Positions 1 to 10,300 of a DNA stretch of 64,000 bases are shown in pieces. How positions within the stretch are numbered: the stretch's first letter is position 1; the number at the start of each line of letters is the position of its first letter. The position numbers and the translations under genes are program-made. Under the pieces are notes generated by a model. The model searched no databases, was not told the DNA's origin, and worked only from the letters and a program-made list of their open reading frames with translations. This DNA comes from Bacteroidota bacterium (GTDB lineage Bacteria > Bacteroidota > Bacteroidia > UBA4408), in assembly GCA_040385525.1 (NCBI GenBank), contig JAZKHE010000005.1, positions 10,819-74,818 on the forward strand, written 5' to 3'.

Positions 1-2
1 AT

Positions 3-2141
3 AATACTTTTGTAGGTAATTTAGCCGGAGGTTTAACATCTATTGTTGGAGACAATAATACTTTTTTAGGTTCTTATGCTGGTTATTCAGGATCGAATAC
101 TGGTTCAACAAATACTTTTTTAGGTTATAATGTTGGTTCTAGCAACACTAGCGGAAGCAATAATACGTATGTTGGAGGCTATTCTGCATACAGCGCTACT
201 TCTGGTAATTTTAACACCGTAGTTGGTAATGATGCAGGTCAGAATTTAACAACAGGAGGAAATAATACATTTGTTGGTTATAACACTGGTTTTACAACTG
301 CAACACAACGAACTAACGCTACAGCCATTGGTTACAATACAACTGTTGATGCTGATAACGCAGTTGTTTTAGGCAATAATGCAAACGTAGGTATTGGAAT
401 AACTACACCAGGTAAATTTGCGGGCTCTACAAGGTATTTAAGTGTTGCAGCTATAACAACAGGTGTTTCTAACGGTACAGCTTCATTAGAATTGATTGGA
501 AATACAGCTTCATACAACACCCTAGCCTCTAAAATAGATTTTTTAGGAATAGTACCAATTTCAAATATAGCATCGCAAAGAGCAAGAATAGAAGCTCTAT
601 CTGGCGCGTCCATAACCTCTGCTGGACAATTAGCTTTTTCGACAAACAACGGAACTAATGCATCTTCAATTTTTGAACGTATGCGAATTACCGAAGCTGG
701 TAGAGTTGGTATTGGAACTACAGCGCCATCAACTGCTTCTTTATTCTCAGTAGGTGCTAGTAGCCAGTTTCAGGTATCATCAATAGGAGATATTGTTAGA
801 ATTAACAATGTACCTACAACTTGGCCAACCACAAATACAGCAGGATTTTTGCAAAACGATGGAACAGGTGCTTTAGCTTGGGGAGCTTTACCTTCTGGGT
901 CTAACGCATGGACAAAAACAGGAACATCAATTTATCAAACTGTATTAACTGATCTAGTTGGTATTGGAACAAGTTCGCCTGGATATAAACTGCATGTTTC
1001 AGATAATTCTGCAAACCCAGCAGTTTTTACAAGACAAGATGGAGCTGGTAACGCAATTCAAGGCAACGCTTATGGAACAGGAGATGGAGTTTATGGTGGG
1101 GCATCAGGAGGAGGTTTCGGTGTAAGGGCTAGAACTACAAGTACGGGAGCAGCTTTATTAGCTGAAGTTCAAGGTGGAGGAACAGGGCCAGCGGCAATTT
1201 TTTCTGGAGGTGCTGTTGGTATTGGAACATCATTGCCAACATTCGACCTGTCATTTAGAGGTAATGCAGCTAGTGATATTGGTATGGTAAGAAACACAGT
1301 TGCTGCAACTGCAGGAAATATACTAAGAATTGAAGCGGGTGGAGCAACATTAGCTTCAACTGATAGAAATGGTGGCGCATTAAATTTAGCTGCTGGTTTA
1401 TCTACGGGTACAGGAACGTCAACAATAAATTTTTTAACCTCTACACCCTCAACATTAACTGGAGCTACTGATAATTTACAATCTACAAAAATGACAATAA
1501 CAGGAGATGGTGATGTTGGTATTGGTGCAACACCAAACGTAAAATTTCATGTAAATGATGCTTCAGGGACAGTTACTGCTGTAAGATTTCAGATTGCAGG
1601 AACTACAAAATTTAGGTTAGATAATAATGGAGGAGTAAGTATTGGTAGCAATGTTGTTCCCCCTGCAAATGGATTGAATTTAGGTGGCGATGCAATTGTG
1701 CCTGCAGCAAACGACTATACTTATGCAGCAGCTAAAACAAAAACAGTAACAATACCTGCTATTGCATTTAATAATGTAAACGCAGCAATTACTTATGACG
1801 CTAATGGAGCCAGAATTTTTTATAATGGAGCCACTCCTGTATACGCTCCGTTAATACTTCCTATTGGTGCAATTATTACTGGTGTAAGGTGGATTATTTT
1901 TGATAACACAGTTGGGCAATCAAATACAGGTGGTTTATATCGTTTAGCTGAGGGCTCTACAACATCAACTTTAATTTCTAGTACCATCTCAGTAGATAAC
2001 GGAGCAGTTAATAATCATGCTGCTGTTCCGAATCACACAGTATTAGTTAATAATGCCTATACTTTAAAATGGACTCCAACTGATAATTCACAAAGTTTAT
2101 ATATGTGCACAATAACTTATACCGTATTACAAGCAGAATAA
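3..2141 (+). CDS. Phage-tail-fibre/YadA-like beta-repeat protein, 5'-truncated at the window edge
   Basis: Frame 3 is open from base 3 (NTFVGNLAGG...DNNTFLGSYAG...NNTYVGGYSA), so the ORF-track start at 492 is internal. Contains YadA-head-like NTxxGxxA repeats, six VGIG-type fibre modules and a C-terminal domain homologous to that of the next gene. Confidence 0.75.
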   Translation, partial: NTFVGNLAGGLTSIVGDNNTFLGSYAGYSGSNTGSTNTFLGYNVGSSNTSGSNNTYVGGYSAYSATSGNFNTVVGNDAGQNLTTGGNNTFVGYNTGFTTATQRTNATAIGYNTTVDADNAVVLGNNANVGIGITTPGKFAGSTRYLSVAAITTGVSNGTASLELIGNTASYNTLASKIDFLGIVPISNIASQRARIEALSGASITSAGQLAFSTNNGTNASSIFERMRITEAGRVGIGTTAPSTASLFSVGASSQFQVSSIGDIVRINNVPTTWPTTNTAGFLQNDGTGALAWGALPSGSNAWTKTGTSIYQTVLTDLVGIGTSSPGYKLHVSDNSANPAVFTRQDGAGNAIQGNAYGTGDGVYGGASGGGFGVRARTTSTGAALLAEVQGGGTGPAAIFSGGAVGIGTSLPTFDLSFRGNAASDIGMVRNTVAATAGNILRIEAGGATLASTDRNGGALNLAAGLSTGTGTSTINFLTSTPSTLTGATDNLQSTKMTITGDGDVGIGATPNVKFHVNDASGTVTAVRFQIAGTTKFRLDNNGGVSIGSNVVPPANGLNLGGDAIVPAANDYTYAAAKTKTVTIPAIAFNNVNAAITYDANGARIFYNGATPVYAPLILPIGAIITGVRWIIFDNTVGQSNTGGLYRLAEGSTTSTLISSTISVDNGAVNNHAAVPNHTVLVNNAYTLKWTPTDNSQSLYMCTITYTVLQAE

Positions 2142-2154
2142 TAAAAAGATAAAA

Positions 2155-5100
2155 ATGAAAAAAATATTTTATTTACTAATCATTGTTCTTTGCTTTGTTA
2201 AAAATACAGAGGCCCAAACCGAGTTAAACTCAACAGGAACTGGCGCTGCTTATGCATTGAGTTATCCTGCTGCGTTTACATATTCGTCGGGTATTACAAT
2301 TACTTTTAAAGCGCATACTGTAAACACTGGTGCGGCAACCCTTAATGTAAATGGTTTAGGAACTAAAGATGTATTTAAAAATGTTTCAAGTTCGTTAGCC
2401 TTTGGCGATATTGCGGCAGGTCAGTTTGTTACTGTTATTTACGATGGCACAAACTTTCAATTAACCACTCCAGTTTCTTCAAGTTCATCTCCATCGTGGG
2501 CTTTAGCTGGTAACACAGGTACTACAGCTGGCACAAACTTTATAGGAACAACGGATGCGGTTGATTTTGTTGCTAAAACAAATAATGTAGAGCGTTTAAG
2601 AATTTTGTCGGGTGGTAATGTGGGTATTGGAACTGGCAGCCCTGCTCCAGGAGCACAATTACATGTTGTTGGTGCTGCAAAAGCAGCAGTGTTAGAAGGT
2701 TCATATTCCAGTACGCTAATTACTTCTTCAATAATTACAGAGATTGTAAATAATGATGTAACCAATAACAACTATAGTTTAATAGGCTTTTCAGACCAAG
2801 GTACTAGTGGAACACCATCTGTAAAAATAGGTTCTCAAACTATTGACCACACAAACGATTATGGCGATTTTGTAGTGGGCACAAGAAGTGCTGTTGGTTT
2901 TACTGAAAAGATGAGGGTTACATCAGCTGGAAATATCGGGGTGGGAATTTCATCTCCAGTTTCGTTATTTACTATAAATAATGCAACTAATTCGCAACTA
3001 AGGTTATCCACAACCGCCTTGGGAAACACTTCGGCAGATGGTATGTTAATTGATTTGAACGGAACTTCGGGAAGTATTAATTTGTACGAAAACTTACCAT
3101 TGAGTTTTGCAACAAATAGTACAACTAAAATGACAATCCTAGCTGCTGGTAACGTTGGTATTGGAACAACAGGTCCTTCAAGTTTATTATCTGTAGGTGC
3201 AAGCAGTCAGTTTCAAGTAAGTGCAACGGGAGATATATTGAGAATTAAAAATTTAGCTTACACATGGCCTTCAACAGCTGTTGCTGGGGCACTTCAAAAC
3301 GATGGGACAGGAAATTTAACTTGGGGTGCTGTTGCGGGTACATTAAGTGGTGGAACGGCTAATAAAGTAACATACTGGACTGGAACAAACACAGTTTCGG
3401 CAAATAGTTTATTTTCTTGGGACAATACCAACGCACGTTTAGGAGTTGGAATAGCAGCGCCATTAAGCACATTGCATTTAGCTAATGCAAGCATACCTAC
3501 TTTCAATATGCAAAGTACGTCTACTTTAACTACTGCTGCATCAACTATTGCGCGCATTAATTTTCACGATTCACAAACTGCAGCATCAGGCCAAGCGTCT
3601 ATTTATTCAATAAGAGATGGCGCATCTGCTGGTGTAACAGATTTACCAACAGCTATTGCATTTTCTACAACCCCTGATGGAGCATCTTCGCCAGTGGAAG
3701 CAATGAGAATAAATAATCAAGGCTTTATAGGAATTGGTTCAACCTACCCACAACAAATTTTTAATCCATTAAGCATTCGTTCAACAGATGTAACAACAAA
3801 TGGTTCATCAGGAACATTTATTGATATTCACAACACAGCTAATGCAAACAATACATTTGCTGGTTTTAGGTTTAGAGCAACCGCTAATAGTGTGCCTTAT
3901 GATGATGAAGCTTTTCAAGCAGGTATATTTTTTAACAGAACAGACGGATTAAATTTTGGTAGAGGGGATATTATTATTGCGTCAAAAGGCACTGCAGATT
4001 ATAATAATGTAAATGCCCTTACTGATGCTAAAATGGTTATTAAAAGTGGTGGTCAAGTTGGTATAGGCGTGTTAAGTCCAATACATGCTTTAGATATTGA
4101 TGGAACAATAAATTTAAGACCAACAAATGGTAGAATTGCATTAAATGGTAATTTTGGTTTACCAGGCTATGTTCTAGTTTCTAACGGTGCAGGAAGTGCA
4201 AATTCATGGGCAGATCCGGCAGCATTGGGCACTAACTATTGGGCAAAAACAGGTGCTTCAGTATATCCAACTTCTATAACAAATAATGTTGCAATTGGAG
4301 CATTATCAGCCATTGCCAAGTTGGATGTTAGAGATATTAGTGTTACTACAACAGGAACTTTACCAGGCAACTTACATGTAATGTCAACTAATCCTCAAGC
4401 AATTGACATTGGAGGATCAATAAGTATAGGAGGTTATTACGATGACGCTGCAACAGGAGCTAGAATGTTTGCTACTATAGAAGCAAGAAAATCGAATTCA
4501 ACAACGGCTAATGCCGCAGGTTATTTGTTGTTTAAAACAAATAGTGGGGCCAGTACTATTGAAAGAATGCGAATTGATGCTGGAGGTAATGTAGGAATAG
4601 GAACTTCGTCTCCAGGAGCAACAAGATTAAATCTTACCATTCCAAATACCGATGCTACAAACCCTATTGGTTTAACAATAAATAATAATTATATCGGATC
4701 TAGTGATAAGTTTGGTATAGATGTAAATGTGGATGGAGCGGGTAGCGGACAAAAATTTGGAATAAGTTCAAGTGTTGTTGGTTTAGCTGCAGATGCAAGC
4801 GCAATTTATGGATACCAAGTGGCAATGACTCCAAACGGAACAGGAATAGCTCATGGTGTTTATTCTGTGCTATCAGCCGTGGGAACTGGAACTCGTTATG
4901 GTTTTTATAATAGCGTAGCGGCAGAAGCAACAAGTGTTAGCACAATATACGGAATTAGAAATATTTTATCAGGAGCTGCTGCAACAAAATATGGTATGTA
5001 TACAAGTGGTGAAGACAGAAATTATTTTAGTGGTAATGTAGGTATTGGTATAACGAATCCTTCATCAAAATTAGAAGTTGTTGGTGATGTTGAAATACCT

Positions 5101-5601
5101 GCTACAAACGATTATAAATACAGTACTCCAAAAACATATTATTATACAATTAGTCCCGGAGAGTTTACAAGTAATTCAGAAATAAATTATTCAATGGGTA
5201 GAGTAGTTGATGCAACTACAGGTTCTGTTACTTATGCCTATTTTGCTAATGGAGTAGCTACTTCTCAAGGTTACGCAACAGCTGGAGTGCACTTGCCAGA
5301 CGGAGCAAAAATTACAAAATTCTCTGCATGGTTGTATAATAATGATTTATCAGTAACAAATATCCCTACTGTATATTTGTTAAGAAGAACTTTAACTTCA
5401 GGAACCTATGGAATTATAGCAAGTTGCTCTTTAGCAACAGTTTCAACGGCAATAACTAGAGTGGATGACAATGCTCCTGCAAATATAATTGTAGATAATT
5501 TAAGCTACCCTTATGTTGTTACTTTTTTAGCAGATCAGGCTAGTTCAACACTACGGCTTTATACAGTGCAAATTGAATACACAGTAGATAATGCGCAGTA
5601 A
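2155..5601 (+). CDS. Secreted phage-tail-fibre-like protein (1148 aa), no T9SS CTD and no S74 chaperone domain
   Basis: Sec signal peptide ending NTEA|Q, nine GNVGIGT-type modules, an N-terminal FKAHTVNTGAATLNVNGLG...IYDGTNF domain and a C-terminal NDYKY...HLPDGAKIT...IEYTV domain. Confidence 0.75.
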   Translation: MKKIFYLLIIVLCFVKNTEAQTELNSTGTGAAYALSYPAAFTYSSGITITFKAHTVNTGAATLNVNGLGTKDVFKNVSSSLAFGDIAAGQFVTVIYDGTNFQLTTPVSSSSSPSWALAGNTGTTAGTNFIGTTDAVDFVAKTNNVERLRILSGGNVGIGTGSPAPGAQLHVVGAAKAAVLEGSYSSTLITSSIITEIVNNDVTNNNYSLIGFSDQGTSGTPSVKIGSQTIDHTNDYGDFVVGTRSAVGFTEKMRVTSAGNIGVGISSPVSLFTINNATNSQLRLSTTALGNTSADGMLIDLNGTSGSINLYENLPLSFATNSTTKMTILAAGNVGIGTTGPSSLLSVGASSQFQVSATGDILRIKNLAYTWPSTAVAGALQNDGTGNLTWGAVAGTLSGGTANKVTYWTGTNTVSANSLFSWDNTNARLGVGIAAPLSTLHLANASIPTFNMQSTSTLTTAASTIARINFHDSQTAASGQASIYSIRDGASAGVTDLPTAIAFSTTPDGASSPVEAMRINNQGFIGIGSTYPQQIFNPLSIRSTDVTTNGSSGTFIDIHNTANANNTFAGFRFRATANSVPYDDEAFQAGIFFNRTDGLNFGRGDIIIASKGTADYNNVNALTDAKMVIKSGGQVGIGVLSPIHALDIDGTINLRPTNGRIALNGNFGLPGYVLVSNGAGSANSWADPAALGTNYWAKTGASVYPTSITNNVAIGALSAIAKLDVRDISVTTTGTLPGNLHVMSTNPQAIDIGGSISIGGYYDDAATGARMFATIEARKSNSTTANAAGYLLFKTNSGASTIERMRIDAGGNVGIGTSSPGATRLNLTIPNTDATNPIGLTINNNYIGSSDKFGIDVNVDGAGSGQKFGISSSVVGLAADASAIYGYQVAMTPNGTGIAHGVYSVLSAVGTGTRYGFYNSVAAEATSVSTIYGIRNILSGAAATKYGMYTSGEDRNYFSGNVGIGITNPSSKLEVVGDVEIPATNDYKYSTPKTYYYTISPGEFTSNSEINYSMGRVVDATTGSVTYAYFANGVATSQGYATAGVHLPDGAKITKFSAWLYNNDLSVTNIPTVYLLRRTLTSGTYGIIASCSLATVSTAITRVDDNAPANIIVDNLSYPYVVTFLADQASSTLRLYTVQIEYTVDNAQ

Positions 5602-5602
5602 T

Positions 5603-6319
5603 ATGAATATATACAAAACACTTTTTTTTATTTCTGTAGCTTTTGTAGCAAAAGCTCAAGTGCAGCTAACACCTGTAGTTGTGGGTAGCACTGGCACTTT
5701 TTCTGAGCCTTCTTTCGGTTCAGTTACATCAACTGTTGGCGAGCCAATTACAACCACATTAAGTGCAAACAACAAACATTTAACACAAGGTTTTAATCAA
5801 CCTAATAACACGCTTAAATTTACAATTACAGGTGTAAACGCAACATGTTTTGGCGGCGAAAATGGCTCTGCTTTTGTAGAAATTACTAGTGGTAAAGAAC
5901 CTTTTACGGTAGAGTGGTTACCAACAAACCAAAAAGCAGATACAGCCATTGGTTTGCGCGAAGGAAAACACGTTGTAGTTGTTACCGATGCTAATGGTCG
6001 TACTAAAAGAGATTCTGTTGAAATTTTAGCCGATTCGCCAGTGCCTTGCGAAATAAAAATCTACTCTGGTTTTTCTCCTAATGGAGATGGAGCAAACGAA
6101 AATTGGGCAATTGATAATATTTTATTATACCCCGATAATTCTGTAAAAATATTTACACGTTGGGGCGAAAAAATTTGGGATGCAACAAATTATGATAATT
6201 CAACTGTAGTTTGGGACGGAAAAAGTAATTTAGGCACAAATTTGCCCGAAGGAACTTATTTTTATATGGTAGAAATTAATAAAACAAAATACGAAGGTTG
6301 GGTACAGCTGAGTAGATAA
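5603..6319 (+). CDS. Small T9SS type-B cargo: TQGFNQP domain, SprB repeat, CHU_C (gliding-motility-associated) CTD
   Basis: Signal peptide ending VAKA|Q. SprB-like VNATCFGGENGSA...YTVEW...VTDANG. CTD motifs GFSPNGDGANENW, IFTRWGEKIW, WDGK and PEGTYFY. ATG at 5603 preferred over 5591 because it follows the upstream stop directly. Confidence 0.85.
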   Translation: MNIYKTLFFISVAFVAKAQVQLTPVVVGSTGTFSEPSFGSVTSTVGEPITTTLSANNKHLTQGFNQPNNTLKFTITGVNATCFGGENGSAFVEITSGKEPFTVEWLPTNQKADTAIGLREGKHVVVVTDANGRTKRDSVEILADSPVPCEIKIYSGFSPNGDGANENWAIDNILLYPDNSVKIFTRWGEKIWDATNYDNSTVVWDGKSNLGTNLPEGTYFYMVEINKTKYEGWVQLSR

Positions 6320-6321
6320 TT

Positions 6322-6434
6322 TAGTGATTAGTAAATAGAGCTTAGAGATTAGTTAATAGTGATTAGAAAAATTAAAAAAAATTAAAATAACACATATAAA
6401 CTTTGTACTCAGTACTTAATACTTTGTACTAAAA
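6322..6434. repeat. Two opposed degenerate heptamer arrays: (TAG-N4)x7 and (ACT-N4)x5
   Basis: 6322-6370 reads tagtgat tagtaaa tagagct tagagat tagttaa tagtgat tagaaaa. 6400-6434 reads actttgt actcagt acttaat actttgt actaaaa. Confidence 0.8.
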
Positions 6435-6439
6435 ATAAA

Positions 6440-7369
6440 ATGAATAAAAATTTAAAATATATACTTTTATTGTGTGCTTTGTTAAGCGCTAACAAAATTT
6501 TGTTGGCTCAGCAAGATGCGCAGTTTACACAATACATGTTTAACCCTTTGGTTTTAAATCCTGCCTATGCAGGAAGTAGAGAAGGTGTTAGCGGAAACAT
6601 GTTGTATCGGGATCAGTGGGCTGCTTTTGACGGTGCGCCAGTTACACAAACATTTAGTATACATTCTCCGTTGCGTAACAACAAAGTAGGTTTAGGATTT
6701 CACGTAATTAACGATCAAATTGGTCCCGTTGGTACAACAGGAGTAAATGGTTCTTACGCTTATCGTTTAAAAATGGGCAAAGGCAAATTAGCTTTGGGTT
6801 TGCGTGCAGGTATTTTTAATTATCGTTTCGATTGGAATAAAATAGAATACAAAGATAAAACAGATGTTTTTGCTGCTGTTTTACCAACGCGCAGGTTTAT
6901 GCCTACATTCGATTTTGGAACGTATTATTACACCGGTAAATTTTATTTGGGAGCAGCTGTTTCACACATCGATCAAGCAACCTATGCAAAAGCAGCTACT
7001 GATGGTAATTATAAAATAAAATTAGCATCGCACATTGTTGTTACGTCGGGATATGCTTGGGTAATAAATAAAAAAGTTACGTTTAAACCTTCTGTAGTTG
7101 TAAAAACATTGGTAAACCAAATCCCTACAATTGATGTAAATGCGGCTGTTTTACTCGACGAAAAATTGTGGTTAGGAGTTGGAGCACGTTCTACTAACGC
7201 GGCTATGATTATTGCGGAATATAACTTAACTAAAAATTTTAGATTTGGTTATTCTTATGATATTTCAATAAATGAATTGCGTTCAGTTAATAAAGGTTCG
7301 CACGAAGTATTTTTAGGATTTGATTTTGAAATTTATAAAACAAGAACATTGTCACCACGCTATTTTTAA
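6440..7369 (+). CDS. PorP/SprF family T9SS outer-membrane protein
   Basis: QQDAQFTQYMFNPLVLNPAYAG start, YRDQWAAFDGAP, and C-terminal GYSYD...GSHEVFLGF. Lies directly downstream of a type-B CTD gene. Confidence 0.93.
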   Translation: MNKNLKYILLLCALLSANKILLAQQDAQFTQYMFNPLVLNPAYAGSREGVSGNMLYRDQWAAFDGAPVTQTFSIHSPLRNNKVGLGFHVINDQIGPVGTTGVNGSYAYRLKMGKGKLALGLRAGIFNYRFDWNKIEYKDKTDVFAAVLPTRRFMPTFDFGTYYYTGKFYLGAAVSHIDQATYAKAATDGNYKIKLASHIVVTSGYAWVINKKVTFKPSVVVKTLVNQIPTIDVNAAVLLDEKLWLGVGARSTNAAMIIAEYNLTKNFRFGYSYDISINELRSVNKGSHEVFLGFDFEIYKTRTLSPRYF

Positions 7370-7388
7370 TAGTTTGGTTTAATTATAT

Positions 7389-10300
7389 ATGAAGTTTAGA
7401 TTTTTTGCAGCTGTTGTTTTTATTTTTTTGTTTACGGGCAAAAGTCTTTTCGCGCAATTAGAAAAAGCGAATTACCATTTCGAGAATTTTCACTACGCTC
7501 AAGCAATTCCACTTTATATAAAGGCAGCTAAAAAAGAAAAAACAAAAATTGTTGCCACGCAAAAATTAGCCGATTGTTACCGAATTTTACACGATTACCG
7601 CAATGCGGAAATGCAATACGCACAAGTAATTAAAAATGGGGGTAATTTACCAATACATCATTTGTATTATGGGCAAATGCTTTTTAACAATGGGCATGTA
7701 AATTCTGCTAAAGAACAATTCGATTTATTTTCTAACGCAAGTGGCGAAGATAAACGCGCGCAAAACTTAATGAGTTCAATCATTATAACTCGTTTGTGGT
7801 CGGTAAAGCAACGAGAGTGCGATATACTTAACGTAAGAGATTTAAATACTTTAGGCGCTGAGTTTTGCGCAATTCCATACAATAAAAATATTGTTTTTGT
7901 TTCTGATAGAGGAACCGATTTAGTAAACTACTCAAAAAGTTCGATTGATGATCGCCCTTATTTGTCAATGTTTTTAGCTGAACGTGGCAAAGGAAAAGAT
8001 AGCGCTAAGTTTAAAAAAATCGAGAATTTTTCTGGAAAAATAAATAACGAGTATCATAACGGTCCGGCCACATTTGTAGAGTCGGGCAAACAAATATTTT
8101 TTACGCGAGTTGACAGAAAAGTATATGCAAAGAATAGTGGCTTAATTAATCGCCCAAGAGTATACTATTCAACAAAAATTAAAGATAGTTGGGATCAAAT
8201 TAGACCTTTGGCTTTCAACAACGATAATTATTCTGTAGCTCATCCTGCAATAAGTTCAGATGGAATGACATTAATTTTTTCATCAGATATGCCAGGTGGG
8301 TTTGGAGGTAAAGATTTGTATATCTGTAAGCTCGAAGGTGCAAACTGGAGTAAACCTGTAAACTTAGGAGCTAAAATTAATTCAGTTCAAGATGAGGTTT
8401 TTCCTTATTTACATAAAAATGGAACTTTATATTTTAGTAGCGATGGACACGTTGGTTTTGGAGGTTTAGACATATACTCGGCGCGTTATATTGATAACGA
8501 ATGGCGAGAAGTTAAAAATTTACAAGAACCAATTAACTCTACTTACGATGATTTTGGAATAAGCTTTTTGTTTAAACACGCTAGCGGATATTTTTCATCT
8601 AACCGCCCAGGGGGAGTTGGTGGCGACGATATTTATTCTTTCGACTTAATAAAAAAACTTCCTAGAATCACAGCTATATCTGGTAAAATATTTAGAAACG
8701 AATTAGACGTTGCTCAAAATTTAGAGATTAAATTAACCGATGAAACAGGTTTAGTTTTAGAAACAACAAAAACAGATAGTTTAGGCGTTTTTAGATTCGA
8801 AAAATTGAATCCAGAAGAAGATTACATCGTTATGTTAGATGCCGATGAGGTTGGAATAAACACAAAAGAAGTAACTCAATTTCATGGTAGATTGTTTTAT
8901 AACGATGATATGCCGGCCAATAAAGCAAAGTTGGTGATTAAAAATAAAGAAGGTGTTTGGGTAAAAGAAATGGAAACAGATCAGGCAGGTTACTTCCGAT
9001 TTGATTATTTAGAGTACGAAAAAAACAATTTAGATACAATTACCGATCCGGATGTAGCCTTTGTTAAAAAAGAACTTTTTAAATATCAGCAACTTACTAC
9101 CGATAATATTATTCCTGATAATTTAAATGAAGAAGAAACCATAGCAAAACTTAAAAAATTATTTAAATACGATGAGTTACTTGCTACTACAACTGCTTTA
9201 AATACAGAAGAAAATGCGGATACAGAATTTTATGTAAAAGGTAATTTTGTTTACAATAAATTGCGTACAGATTCTTTTGCGCTTAACACTTTATCAGAAG
9301 ACGCAACAAAATTCTATTTAAAAAACAAGTTTGTTTACAATAAATTAACTGGTGATTCTTTTGCTTTAAAAACAGAAGAAGAAATTGCCGATAGATTTTA
9401 TGTAAAAGATGGATATAGATATGATAAGTTAAATGGCGATTCGATAGGGTTATCAATGTTGTATACCGATAATGATAAGTTTTATGTTAAAGAAAATTTT
9501 AGATACAATAAATTAACTGGCGATTCAATTTCGTTGGATTTACTTACCGAAGAAGATGTTGATTTTGATGTTAACTCTTATACTTTAAAAATGCGTTTGT
9601 TTACTGGTGCCGATTTTAAAAATATTGCACCGGGAGTAAAAGTAACTATTAAAGATGGCAACGGAGTAGTTTATAAAGAAACACTTACGGATAGTAATGG
9701 CGAATTAAAAGTTAACTTTTTACCAATTAACAGAACTTACGTAATAAAGGTAGATCAAGATAATGATGTAATACAGCAAAACGATAACTATTCTACTTTT
9801 GGTAGAGTTATGAATAGTAATAGCACTAAGTTTCCGATAAAAGGAAAAGAAATTTCGTTTGCAAACATGGCAAATATTTTATTTGCTAATTCAATAACTG
9901 ATGACGAAGGATTTTTTAAACTAAACGGAAAAACAGAAAAACGCAACGCATTAAATCTTATTGCTCATCAGCAAGATTCAATAAATGGTTTGGCGTTAAG
10001 TGACGAAGCGTTGAGAAGAAAGCAAGAACAAATAAAACTTAATAAAATAAATAATACCTCCGATAACTTAAGCGCAGAACAATTAGCCGAAGAAGCATTA
10101 CGTCGTAAAAAAGAAGAAGAACGCATGAAGTTGGTTAAATTAAACAACACAAGCGATAAACTTAATGCATTAGAAATTACAGACGATGATATTTTAAAAA
10201 TATACGGAAATAAAACTGTGCGCGATTTAACTTTTACAACACAAGTTGCGGCTTATAAAATGTCGAAGAATTTTGCTTTCCAAAAAATTCAACAAAAATT

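Noticed and set aside
332-649. 105-aa minus-strand ORF and similar short antisense ORFs elsewhere (A2M, bamA, TonB receptor)
   Set aside because: Each is fully overlapped by a well-supported gene on the other strand and has no recognisable motif.
3-5601. Prophage or tailocin region
   Set aside because: No capsid, terminase, sheath, baseplate, lysis or integrase genes; fibre 2 has a signal peptide and the neighbours are T9SS genes. The region upstream of base 1 cannot be seen.
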